This document shows, piece by piece, positions 1-11,272 of a stretch of DNA of 42,633 bases. A program made the position numbers and the translations under genes. Positions within the stretch are counted from its first letter, which is position 1; each line of letters begins with the position of its first letter. The stretch spans positions 372,001-414,633 of the forward strand of contig JASANG010000621.1 in assembly GCA_030248215.1 (NCBI GenBank), given 5' to 3'. This stretch comes from Enoplolaimus lenunculus (lineage: Eukaryota). The notes beneath the pieces were generated by a model that was not told where the DNA came from, did no database searches, and saw only the letters and a program-made list of their open reading frames with translations.

Positions 1-140
1 TTCGTCTGTGTAATATTTTGAACGAAATGTTACTAGGCAATTTTGGTGTTGTTTTGAATAACATTTAAATCCAATCGATTTTCAAAGTATATGTCTTGCA
101 AACAACCCTTTCTGCATGGCGAGGATTTGTTTGAAATTTT

Positions 141-340
141 GGCCAATGTATACAACAGAGCCAGAGCAGTAGCATATTCCTAAGCCTAAACCTAAACCTA
201 AGCCAAATCCTAAACAAGCGTGAGAATGAGCTTATGCCTAAGACTAAGCATAATACTAAGCAAAAAAATAATGTAAAGCTTAAGTTTACTCTATTGCAGG
301 CCCCCAGAAAAACGTTTCGCCTGTAATTTTTACATGAGAC
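141..340. mobile_element. Merlin-like MITE (family A) with internal CCTAAG/TTAGGC repeats
   Basis: Termini GGCCAATGTA...TACATGAGAC, perfect 8-bp TSD GAAATTTT (133-140, 341-348). Confidence 0.8.
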
Positions 341-730
341 GAAATTTTTACTTTAAAAATCAATTTTATACTTTGATCAACATTCGCTGACCACAAAGGC
401 CAGCAAAACGTACGCCTTCAATGCATACGGTGGAGTTATTTAAGCTTTACAATGTTTCAATTTTGGTATGAATCTATGGTCTTGAATTTTCCAGTAAATT
501 TTTATTTTAACTTAAATTAGCTCATAGTTTTAGACTTCCAATAGAGATCGCGAAGAATGATTCGCTAAGTTATCTCAACTGTAGAAGTGTGTAGCAGAAC
601 CGGTTAAGTGTCCTCAGCATAGGGCTAGCACGTCACACTCGGTCGGTCTAAACTGGTGCAATTGGCCAGTGGCAGATTCGCCTTGTTCGTTGGGTCTGAC
701 TTGGGACGGCAGTGTTTATAGGTTAATTAG

Positions 731-934
731 TATATATCGCACCGTGTTTAACAATTGCAACACGTATACATAGTACTAAATCACCACAAGACGTGAGCGC
801 CCCCTCGGGCTCGAGCGTCAAGCTCCTATAGCCGAGTGGTGATGGTATACGCTTCCCACTCCAGTCACTGGAGTTCGAATCCTAGCGTAAAAGTAGGTCT
901 GAGGGGAAATAGGAAATATTCATGTGAGAAAGGG
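731..934 (+). mobile_element. 5'-truncated piggyBac-like MITE with tRNA-derived cassette
   Basis: Near-identical to 41910-42113. Ends ATGTGAGAAAGGG|TTAA. Confidence 0.8.
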
Positions 935-1160
935 TTAATTTGAAGTAAATGTGATAAAACTCTGCGACGACAAATGTTGAACTGACTTATCCGCTAAATC
1001 CAGATAAAAAACCCTTGAGCCGTCATCGTTCGGCAATCGGTGGACGGTAGTCCATCGGACAGTGGAGATAACGGCTGAAACTGAAGTTATACTAACGCGG
1101 TAAGCGACGGAGCTAACTTGGTTTCAAGCAAGTTTGCAAACAAATTAAGTTATTGGTTCA

Positions 1161-1410
1161 ACCAAGAGTGCATGTTACATCCACCGGGCGTTGCATTTTT
1201 AGCCGACCCCCCTTGTTTAGAGGGGGTCGCTGTCACGTGCAATAACCCTAAATTAAATTATAAGCGGAGCAATTAGTTGCCGGATACATAAAGTGACATG
1301 GTTCGCATAGGTTGTACGCCCCTCTAAATAGAGGGGGGAAGGCCAAAAACGCAACGCGTGCCGTGTACATTATTTTCTACGCAGAATGCACCCAGGTGCA
1401 TGCTCTTGTT
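1161..1410. mobile_element. Degenerate palindromic MITE
   Basis: Arms CAAGAGTGCAT..GCGTTGCATTTTTAGCC..CCCCCC..TTTAGAGGGG and CCCCTCTAAA..GGGGGG..GGCCAAAAACGCAACGC..GCATGCTCTTG are imperfect reverse complements. Confidence 0.55.
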
Positions 1411-1604
1411 TAAGTATGCATCATCCACTCTTGCTTTAACTGATCATGCTTTTTAGTATTTGTTTTCAACTTATAAGTTACCTTACTCCCTGTTGTATGA
1501 GTGTCGGTATACCGACATATGTGCCAACTCGCATGCGGTTAACGCCTATTTGATCCACCCGCAAGGTCGGGTTTAAACCTAGCTGTCTACAGATTTTTCC
1601 ACAT

Positions 1605-1701
1605 ATGCAAACGGTAGCGGTCCACTTGTCATACGGCGCTGTCCGTTACCATCATGCAAGCGGTAGCGGTCTACTTGTCATACGGCGCTGTCCGTCACCA
1701 C
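1605..1701. repeat. 49-bp tandem duplication
   Basis: ATGCAA(A/G)CGGTAGCGGT..ACTTGTCATACGGCGCTGTCCGT(T/C)ACCA occurs twice. Confidence 0.8.
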
Positions 1702-2582
1702 CCGTTCCCATGCGGTATCGTATATGAGTAACGCCACACGAATTCTTTCACATTTCTACTATCACTCCAGGCTCTCAGAATTTTAACTGAATCTTGTCTC
1801 ACGGATCTCGCTTGGGTCGACCCGTCAATTTCTGAATTCTCCAGTGTTTTTTCTAGTCGTCTCAAGACTGATTGATAGTATGTTGCATACAGCTGATACT
1901 GATACGTTACCCATTGATCTTCAACATATGAGTAGGTGTAAAGTTTTTGACCAAATTATAATATCGCATTATACCATTTTATCGCCAAAAATAGCTGAAA
2001 ACGTAGTTTTAACCAAGGCATCGTGTTCGCTGGGCAAGGGTGTTGCACTTTGAATGAGAGCAGTGAACTTGTATAGTTTTTTGCGAGCTTGTTTGATGTT
2101 AGCGCTTGCATGCTCGCGCTGAGTATTGCAGTAGCGAGTCGTTTAGCTAGGTGATACGGGTGCTGTTGTCCAGGTTTGAGTGTAGAAGCGTTTGCTTCGG
2201 TGACCGCTGACAGTATGCATTTAGGTAACTTAACGGTTAAATTGCACATCATGTGCCTAGGATGGTTGATTGGACAATGCCGATTCGTTAGTCAGTTTTG
2301 AGGCAGGATGGGTCGCTCAACCCTGTCAATTGTTGACGCTGGAACAGCTTCAGGTACCATACTAGCCAAAGACAAATGCAAAGGGCCCTTTATAAAACTC
2401 GTTAAACCCGTAACCCAAAAACAAAATAGTAAGCCTAAGTCTAAGTCTAAGTGTAAGAATGAGCTATACCTAAACCTAAGCCTAAGCATGATCCTAAGCC
2501 TAAGCCTAAGACTTTTTGATTAGGCCTAGGCTTAGACTTAGGTATAAGCTCATTCTTATGCTTAGACTTAGGCTCAGACTTA

Positions 2583-2726
2583 TGCTATCGCTCAAGATTT
2601 TCATACTAGACAAATAAACGTTTAATTCAACGGATAGTTGCAATGCCGAATTAACGAAGTGCCGCGGAGGGCGGATTCAATATATGTAACAGTCGTGTAA
2701 CCGAATAACAGGGGGTACCCTCTAGA
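2583..2726. repeat. Dispersed repeat, inverted copy at about 22561-22705
   Basis: Shared blocks AAACGTTTAATTCAA.GGATA.TTGCA and GTAACCGA.TAACAGGGG.T.CCCTCT. Confidence 0.6.
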
Positions 2727-3267
2727 GGGTCTCAGTCTCTTTCTCTTTGATTTGGGTCACTTTACTGTAACGACCCTGTTCTATCGGTCGACACTCGAAC
2801 AAAAACAAAACCCAGAAACCTATCGCATGATCAGCTTGTTTGTTCCGCATTTCTTGACAGATAATACATTGTAAGCATGTGTCGATGTTCTAAGGCCTTG
2901 CCGTCCATATCCAATATGATCACGTTTTAGAAGCCATGTTGTTTCAAAAAAACCATAAGCGCCGACCAAAAATTGTTTTTGTTTTCGAATTGTAATTTTT
3001 TTATAAATCTGTATATATGCAGTATTATATACAGCTGAGCGTTTCGTGTTTTATCAACCATGCTAATGTAGTGTTTTACCATCTGTGTGTACATTAGGCA
3101 AATGTAAACTAAAGCCTAATCATAAGCCTAAAGCATCTGCTCGCAATATATGTCAGTAGTGGTGGGAATGTAGTCATTGGGAACCCAAGAGAGCTTGAAT
3201 ATCTGTGATCCATGAATCAAACTTTTTTACCCTTACAGATTGATTTTGCGCTAGAATTACTTCCGGG

Positions 3268-3428
3268 ACCCTCAGGCAGCCAAGGGGGATCAGACCCCTG
3301 GAAAAATTTTGCCCCCCCCCCCCTCCCAAGAAAATTATCAACCTTGCTTGTAAGTCATCGAAAACCCTTGTATGCTCCTTTTGAAAAATGTTTGGACAAC
3401 CGATAAAGTTGATCTGGTTACGGGCTTG
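3268..3428. mobile_element. hAT-like MITE (GGCCCGTAGCC family), degenerate
   Basis: Core AACCTTGCTTGTAAGTCA and end CTGGTTACGGGCTTG, shared with copies at 7087, 19278, 24775, 25932, 26996 and 27670. Confidence 0.65.
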
Positions 3429-3537
3429 ATTACTAGTGGTATTGGGTAAGGTGTTGATGATGTTTTCAGTTTTCGCTCACATCGCTTACTATAACGGTTA
3501 ACAATTCTGGCATTTTCTAGTCACCTGGTGGCTTGTA

Positions 3538-3799
3538 CACTGTAAATTTCAGTGAGTTGATTTTTATTCAGACTGAGTTGCAATCGCTCAGTCTGAGTTA
3601 ACACTATTAGAACTCAAAATTGTCAGTTCACTCAACTGAATCTAAGTTAGTTGATCAACTCACCTGGAGTCAACGCAATTCGGAGTGACAATCAACTCAA
3701 CTCCGAGTGGGTTAAAGTTTTCTGTCATTAACTCAGAAATAATTAACTTTCCATCTGAATTGATTAATTAACTTAATTAACTCATTGGAATATACAGTG
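3538..3799. mobile_element. CACTG-terminated (CMC/EnSpm-like) MITE with subterminal GAGTT/AACTC repeats
   Basis: TA|CACTGTAAAT...TATACAGTG|TA. Related copies at 4060-4200 (partial), 18811-19061 and 22186-22440. Confidence 0.7.
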
Positions 3800-3865
3800 T
3801 AGATACCGTCGAACTAAGAAATCCTGTCTACGAATACGCTCCTGCTGCCTGAGTCGTAATTGTAA

Positions 3866-4025
3866 GGGTGGCGCTATACTTGTTGTGCAGGGCCGTACGT
3901 CAAAAATTAATTTTCGTTTACAAATTGATATGACGTGCCCTACGTCAATAGACGTCCGTTGTAGCATATACGGCACCGGACGGTGATGGACTGCGCCGAA
4001 CTTCATCAAAAGCATAGCGCCAACT
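3866..4025. mobile_element. PIF/Harbinger-like MITE
   Basis: TIR GGGTGGCGCTATACT / AGCATAGCGCCAACT, flanked by TAA on both sides. Confidence 0.65.
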
Positions 4026-4435
4026 TAAGATGAATGTTAGGAAGCTTGGTCCTCGGTCTCACTTGGAGTTGATACCAGGCGAGTGGATAAATTAACTGAG
4101 AATCAGATAAATGAACTCAGAATTTTGAGCCGTGACAGTCCTAATTCTCAGACTGAGTGATTTAACTCGAATTAAAACCAACTCACTACAATTTACAGTA
4201 TATGTCAGGTTGAAGCTGGCACTAAATTTTTGTGTATAATGTTTGTTTTTGTATCGATTTACGAAAATAGAATTTTTGTTCTCAGAATTTTAAACATTGG
4301 TAAATCTCTAAAGCAAGTCAACATTGAGTTTCAAGCAAATGTTCAACTTTATCATTCAATTATTGTTTTTACTAATAGAATTTTTGACGAACGAGATGTA
4401 ATGTTGTTTAAAGATACTAACAATTTTTAGATTTA

Positions 4436-4827
4436 CCCTTTCTCACATGAATATTTTCAATTTCATATGAGATACACTTTTAAGGTAAGATTCGATCCCC
4501 AGTCTCTCGGGTGGGAGGCGTTTATGATGACCACTCAGCTATAAGAATTTTTCCATTTATCCTTTCTCACATGAATATTTTCAATTTCATATGAGACACA
4601 CTTTCAATGTAAGATACGATCCCCAGTCTCTCGGGCGAGCGGCGTTTACGATGACCACTCAGCTATAGGAGCTTGATGCTCGACCCCGAGGGGGCTCTCA
4701 TTTCTTGTAGAGATTTTGCACTGCAAATATATTATGTTAGGAATTGTTAAATACTGCTCACAGTGTCTGTGTTGCTCATAAATTACTTGTATTTAGTTGC
4801 TCATAGTATACTCTATGAGTTGAAGGG
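4436..4827 (-). mobile_element. piggyBac-like tRNA-cassette MITE (4560-4827) with tandem partial duplicate (4436-4547)
   Basis: CC(C)TTTCTCACATGAATATTTT occurs at 4436 and 4561. The other end is GAAGGG|TTAA. The minus strand reads TATAGCTGAGTGG..CGCCTCCCAC..GATCGAATC. Confidence 0.75.
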
Positions 4828-4912
4828 TTAATTTAACTTCGTTTGTTTTTTGCCTCGTTCAATAACAAAACGACTTTTAACATCGTTGCCGCTGCAAAAC
4901 GTTTGTGAGTTA

Positions 4913-5106
4913 GGGTTGCGCTATACTCGCCGCGCGCTGCCAAACTGCGCGCTCGCCGCCGAACGCTGGCGCGCGGCAGGGTTAAAGTGTTGCCGCACGC
5001 CGCAGTGCACCGCCAAATAAATTTTGCGTATACAGCGGTTAACAAAGGCATAGCGGCGTCCGGCGGCACGCGACAGTGTCCAGCACACTAAAGTAGAGCG
5101 CAACCC
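4913..5106. mobile_element. GC-rich PIF/Harbinger-like MITE
   Basis: TIR GGGTTGCGCTATACT / AGTAGAGCGCAACCC, preceded by TTA. Confidence 0.65.
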
Positions 5107-5322
5107 CAAAAGTTTTTGGAACTTTTCAATCTCAACCAGTTATTTCCGGCATTGTAAACTATGCGTGCGGAATATACAATATATGGGGCAGCGGTTAAAC
5201 AGTATTTCGTTTTATGCGCAGTACGAAATTTTCACGCTTTGATATTAACTGCCTGCCCAGAAATGTAGTCCGTTTAAGCATTCGGCGAACGAAATTTTGC
5301 AGATCTACCCAAACTTCTTGTG

Positions 5323-5715
5323 GGTCAATGTTACTTTTAGGACCGCAGCAGTAGATAAAGTGTGTTCCTAAGCCTAAGCCTAGGCCTAAGCGCTGCAAAA
5401 GTGTATTCCTAAGCCTAAGCCTAAACCTAAGCCTAAGCAAAAAAAATGTCTGGAGTGTAAGCCTACTCTTTTACAGACCCACCAGAAACCTGGAAGGCCC
5501 TAAAAGTTACATGGGCCGTATTAAATGCAGAACCGTGATAAACTACTATATTGGTGTTTTTATAGTAGGCTTACATGCTAGACTACATTTTTTGCTTAGT
5601 CTTAGGCTTAGGCTTAGGCTTAGGTTTAGGAATAGTCTTTTGCAACGCTTAGGCTTAGGCTTAGGCTTAGAAAAACGCTTAGCCTACTGTTACGGCCCTT
5701 AAAGTAACATTGGCC
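5323..5715. mobile_element. Two oppositely oriented Merlin-like TTAGGC MITEs (family B): 5323-5517 and about 5565-5715
   Basis: Termini GGTCAATGTTACTTTTAGG / CCTAAAAGTTACATGGGCC. The second copy ends AAAGTAACATTGGCC. Confidence 0.75.
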
Positions 5716-6310
5716 AAAGATCTCATATTTTTGAAAAACGACAATCTTATTCAAGAAATTGCTCTAAAATTGCTTATCAAAATAAACATAGTTTTTATTG
5801 CTGGGGTCGAATGAATTTTCGAACAAAACTTTACTCCTGCAAGTTTCAGCTGCAACATTCACGAGTGAAAAACGGTTTTACTCGTAATATTTGACTTGAA
5901 AATGTTGTCAAACCTGACAATTTCTGTCTACTACTCAATACAAGTAAAACTGATCGAGTCACCATCGCCGTGGACTGCGAAATATCAAGCAAGTTTGATA
6001 CTTGATTTAATTCAAAACCCCTACATAGATTTAAAAAGTTTGAAATAACTCCAGAAACGCTCACCAACACAGTTTCCGATTGACCAATCAAAATGCATGT
6101 CCAAAAAATTCAAGCACTGGTACCTGCGTTTACACGTGTAAAATAAATTTAATAGCATAAATTCCAGCGAATAATTTGCAGCTGCAAAAGTTTGAAAGCT
6201 GTTTTGTGACCAAACCTGCAGTTACAATTTGCACGTGCAAATTTTTACCGCAAAAAACTTTCAAGATTGAATAGAGCTCAAGCGAAAATTTTTAAATTTA
6301 ATATCTATAA

Positions 6311-6576
6311 CCCCTTCTCACATAGAGTTGACTTTGAGCAAGTCAGCGCAGTGTATGTATATACGTTAAATAATGTATATCGTACAGTGTTTAACAATTG
6401 CAACACGTCTACATAGTACTAATGACCACAAGACGTGACAGCCCCCTCGGGCTCGAGCGTCAAGCTCCTATAGCTGTGTGGTGATGGTAAGCACCTCCCA
6501 CTCCAGTCACTGGAGTTCCAATCCAAGCATAAAAGTAGGTCTCAAATGAAATAGAAAATATTCATGTGATAAAGGG
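6311..6576 (+). mobile_element. Full-length piggyBac-like MITE with tRNA-derived cassette
   Basis: ATAA|CCCCTTCTCACAT...ATGTGATAAAGGG|TTAA. Confidence 0.8.
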
Positions 6577-7086
6577 TTAATGCCACCATCACACCTTTAA
6601 CATCAGTCCTTTATCTGGAATATATACTGTTAATTTTTCGACTTAATTTCAACTGATTCGGTCGTCAGTAGACGAAGCTAAAACGTACCGTTTTCAAAAC
6701 TCCAAATCTTTTGAATGTCGTCAGCATAATCGAGTATTTAACTACCCCCGCGTCTAGACACTGCTCATAGCTCAACTGTGGCTCATTTTGTCACGGTTTA
6801 TAAGAAAGCTGGTTATAAGAAGCATTGAAAACTGAAAACTTTTATTTTACCGACAGCAGCTACCGGTGTGTTGTCGCTGTTTTTTTCCTGATCAGTATAC
6901 ATACATTCAACCAGATGATTTTTATAAAAAGCCTGTTCGCTCGTTTTAAACCTACGCTGTTTTAGTGTCTATGTGTCTATTCAAGCATATACTTAAAATC
7001 GTATAGTATAAAATTAGTTCAATTTTTAAAAATTTAAAAGCAATTTTAAGTCGACAGTGTGAACAAATTTTGAATTGTTTGCCAAG

Positions 7087-7264
7087 TAGGCCCGTAGGCA
7101 AGTGTAGGGGGTGGGGGCAGGGGGCTCAGCCCCTCCCCCCTTTTAAAAATATTGGCCCCTTAGAAAATTTTTTCAATCTTGCTTGTAAGTCAATAAAACA
7201 CCTATGTATTACCTTCGTGATAAAGTTTTAACCCACCCTATCAAGGTGAACTGGCTACGGACTG
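7087..7264. mobile_element. hAT-like MITE (GGCCCGTAGCC family)
   Basis: TAGGCCCGTAG...CTGGCTACGGACTG with the family core. Confidence 0.65.
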
Positions 7265-8807
7265 GTTGCGGCGTTGATTTCAGTCATTTCATCTGCCCTG
7301 TATACAAAGGGTCATATCAACAAAACTGGACGCTTTTAGTCGTTCTGTTAGACTTAGGATTAGGCTTAGGTTCAGGTTTTGATTCGAGCGTAGTTTTATA
7401 AGTGTTTAGATTTTTTTGTTTGGCATCAATTCTATACGTTGGCTGTTTGGCATATTTGTATTGTAAATTTTATTTCAATGTTTAATGTACGTTGAATTTT
7501 AGAACTGTCACGGTAAGAGGTGATTGGCTTAATCATGATCTGTGAAAAGTTTTAGGAAATGACGGAATATGTTTTGGCAAAAACGCACGTTTGCTAACAA
7601 TTTGACGCATTTCGTATCGTTAAAATTGGCTTAAGTAGCCCCTTGTCTGTCTGTTTTCGACGGTTCATATTATTCGGGCCGTGACGCAAAAGATGATGGC
7701 TGGCGACTCTATAATGGGTGGCGACTCGATTATGGGCGTATAAAAGCATATTCATAAGCCTAAGCGTAAAGATGTGCTTATACCTAAAACCTAAGCCAAA
7801 ACGAAAAGTTTGTCTAAAGCTTAAACTTATCCCATTGTAGTAGCGCAGAAAAACGTTCCGCCCCTGATCTTTGCATGGGCTACTGGGTCCATAACGTTTT
7901 ATGTGACCAGCTACACATTAATGCTAATTTTTTTGCCATTTTTAGACAATTTCATTGATTACATGTTGTGTATATCAAGAATTTTCGAAAAGAAATGAAA
8001 ATTACGAATTATTAGAATTTTTTTATTTTGCTTTGAATACCACATATTTTTACCAAAAAAGAATACAAATTTACCTTATTCATCAAATCAATACGTATTT
8101 AATGAACAAAATTAAGCCATCGTATGCGAACACTTCAGACCCAATTATGATCCCTTTGTTCCTTTGACATTTACTTGAGTTGTTGACGCGGCGTTTGAAG
8201 GCACAAATACTTTAAATTAGCAGTTTTGTTTTCATTTCATCACACACAATACTTAACTAATTCCTACTGAAATTGACCATAACCTTGTAATCATTGGCGT
8301 TTTAATATTTATTTTCACAATCAAATTTCGCGGACAAAATTTTCAATTTCAGAAAAATTAAATTTTATAAATAATTAATAAACAGCAGAAATTTGGGAAA
8401 AGAATTTTCTGACCAGATGCAAATCACAAGGTATCGTGACCAGGTTTGCCTAATCCTTAGATAATTATGGGTTTTTCAACTCGATCAGATGTAGTTTAAA
8501 GAAGCTAAACGCAATTTTTGTACTAAATGTTTAACTACTAAATTTTGATTTTGATTGCTGTTGACATGGATGGTGTGAGTAGTCATGCTAATGGACCCAG
8601 AAGGGTTTGTTCTCGTTAGATAAAAACTTGTTCGTTGCATTCCGTAATTTCGCATTTAAAAGTGTGGTCAAATCAGTAACCAATATATAGGCCCATGTTA
8701 CGATAAAGGCCATCTCTTTGTCCTGGGACAGCACTATAGCAAGAGTGCAAACATGCACTCCGGTATATATATACATACATACATACATGCATACATGTAT
8801 TTATTTG

Positions 8808-9880
8808 GGATGTGGAAGAGCTTTTCCTTGTTGTGGGCCCAGCTGTCTCTTAGTCCTAACTGTCCTGCTGTCCCAACTGTTTCGTCGTCCCAGCTGTCCT
8901 GCTGTCCCAACTGTCCCAACTGTCCGGCTGTGCCAACTGTCCCGCTGTTCCAACTGTCACAACTTCCCCAACTGTCCCAACTTCCCCACTGTCCCGCATT
9001 CCCTGCTGTCCCGCTGTTCCAACTGTCCCGATGTCCCAACTGTCCCAGCAGTCCCGGGCCCATGGTCACAACGGCCCAACTTACCGGGTCCCAACTGTCC
9101 CAACTGTGCGAACTGACCCGCTGTCTCAACTGTCCCGCTGTCATAACTGTTCCGCTGTCCCAACTTCCAACTGTCCCAGCTGTGCCAATCAGAAAGGGAC
9201 ATTACCCGCAGGTACCCGCGGGTAAACACGGATAGGGTAAAGAATTTCGGGCGCGGGTAAAGATTTTTATCACGCGGGTAAAAATTGAATTTTTACCCGC
9301 GGTGAACTTTTGAGTTTTAAGGTGAAATACCTACGCTATTGTCTGTATTATTTCTGGTCAAGTACAGTCCGTGGTTTATTTAGCTGGGTTTGAAATTTTG
9401 TTGCTTCTAGTAAAATTTCATTTGTTAAATTCATTGAAGCTATATCGCAAAACTTGATTAAATCGCGAATCACCAGCGATCTTAAAACACTGGTTTGACT
9501 TCAGGCGCGGGCAAAAATGGGTTGTATGTAGATCTTATTTGCGCGGGTATACCCGCGGGAAAAAATAATTCTTGTTTGCCTGGGTCGTGGGTCGGGAGAG
9601 CTTGTACAACAGGATAGTTGGGTTAGCGGGACAGTTGAACAGCTGGAATAGTTGGGACAGCGGGACAGTAAGGACAGCTGGACAGCTGGGATAGCGGGAC
9701 AGTTGTGACTGCGGAACAGTTGGGACAGCGGGACAGTTGGAACAGCGGAACATTGCAACAGCAGGGAATGCGAGACAGTTGAAGAAGTTGGAACCGCGGG
9801 ACAGTTGAGACAGTGGGAACAGCGTAACATTTGGGACAGGGGGACGCTGGCCCACAGGAAGGAAAAGCTCCTCCATATCC
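8808..9880. mobile_element. Foldback-like element: unique ~35-bp TIRs plus inverted arms of 8-9-bp CTGTCCCAA/CTGTCCCG repeats
   Basis: GGATGTGGAAGAGCTTTTCCTTGTTGTGGGCC at the left and GGCCCACAGGAAGGAAAAGCTCCTCCATATCC at the right. (CTGTCCCAA)n at about 8840-9190 and (TTGGGACAG)n at about 9610-9840. Confidence 0.75.
9190..9600. mobile_element. ~400-bp dispersed element rich in ACCCGCGGGT motifs, second copy at about 11275-11661
   Basis: Colinear shared blocks (GGGTAAAGAATTTC.GGCGCGGGTA; GCTGGGTTTGAAATTTTGTTG; TATACCCGCGGGAAAAAATA). Confidence 0.75.
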
Positions 9881-9899
9881 GAAACCCCTCCAATTACGC

Positions 9900-10268
9900 T
9901 TGAACCTCCGGCAAAAAATTCTACGGGAGCCCGATCCGGAAGTCAATTTTCTGCCCAGCTCAGCCTGTAGTGCTGGCCTTGTGCCTAAATTTATAACATT
10001 TACTGATGAAATTTAATTTTATTTAAAAATGAAAACACAGCGCGATAAAAACAAAAAAATAGATATTTATACCTGTCAATCAAAATTTCGGCAAAAAAGA
10101 ACAGTTTGAAAATAGCCTTTTACAATGCAAGGTTTTTAAAATAAATCTAGACTCTATGCCTGAGCTGAATATGGCGCCCAATAGAATTGCCCTGCACACG
10201 TATTTCGGGCAACTTTCCAGCATTACTTTGTTTACAATATTTTCTTAGAACATAAATGTAATTGTTCT
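9900..10268. repeat. Dispersed element, inverted copy at about 11661-12113
   Basis: TTTCGGGCAACTTTCCAGCATTACTTTGTTTACAATATTTTCTTAGAACATAAATGTAATTGTTC is the reverse complement of 11662-11726. Colinearity continues to the CCGGAAGTCAATTTTCTGCC block. Confidence 0.8.
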
Positions 10269-10468
10269 GTGCAAAGAAAATATGCATGCAGATTATTGTG
10301 TTTACGATAACTTTTGCGCATTACAGAAAGCCGGTTGACTAGTTAGATTTACGTCCTGCATGATTAGTTTGTGCTAGACGATGCTAAATTCCACCCATGT
10401 ATTGGTGTCCAACAGAGTTGTAGAACTTTGGATATCGCTAACGTTTGCGTTTATGCTTTGGTTTATAA

Positions 10469-10660
10469 GGCCAATGCATAGAAAAGACCGTAACAGTAGT
10501 ATTAGCATGTTCCTAAATAAAGCCTAAGCGCAAGAATGAACCTATAACTAAACCTAAGTTGCCGCCAAAGCATAAGTCCAAAGCAAAAAATACTCTAATT
10601 AAGCGTACTCTTGCGCAGTCCCACAGAACAACGCTCCAGTTCTAATGTATACATGGGTCC
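10469..10660. mobile_element. Degenerate Merlin-like TTAGGC MITE (family A)
   Basis: GGCCAATGCATAGAA...TATACATGGGTCC with CCTAAG repeats. Confidence 0.6.
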
Positions 10661-10807
10661 ATTAGATTGAAGCTTAAATGTTTAGACTTGATTCCAAACT
10701 CAACATCAAACTAACTGAACTATCCACCAATAAGTAATTGACTTGCTCCAGTGTCCCGAATTCGCATTGAATTTTTAACAAAACATTGAACGCCGCGCCA
10801 TTGAGAT

Positions 10808-11272
10808 AGTGGGGACAGTTGAAACAGTGGGACAGTTGGGACAGTTGGGACGCTTGCGACAGCCGGACAGTTGGGACAGTTGGGACAGTGGAACAGTCGG
10901 GACAGCGGGACAGTTGAAACAGTGGGACAGTTGGGACAGGCGGGCAGTTGGAACAATTGGGACAGGCGGGCAGTTGGAACAATTGGGACACCAGGACAGT
11001 TTTGACAGCGGAACAGTTTGGACAGCGGCACTGTTGGGACAGCTGGGACAGTTGGGACAGCAGCACAGTAGGGACAGTTGGGACAGCGGGGCCGTTGAGA
11101 AACAGTGGGCCAGCTGGGACAGCGGGACAGTTGGGACAATGGGACAGTTGGGACAGCGGGAGAATTGGGACAGTTGGGACAGCGGGAGAGTTGGGACAGT
11201 TGGAACAGTTGGAACAGTTGGGACAGCGGAGCAGTTGGGGCAGCGGAGCAGTTGGGGCAACGGGACAATTGG
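10808..11272. repeat. TTGGGACAG/CGGGACAG 8-9-bp minisatellite
   Basis: Direct tandem array with the same unit as the Foldback-like arms. Confidence 0.9.

Noticed and set aside
141..340. TTAGGC tracts as real telomeres or as proof of nematode origin
   Set aside because: Tracts are short, degenerate, in both orientations and, where ends are intact, lie inside TIR/TSD-bounded elements.
822..890. Functional tRNA gene (also 42001-42070)
   Set aside because: Acceptor and anticodon stems do not pair properly and the sequence lies inside a multi-copy MITE, so it is treated as tRNA-derived.
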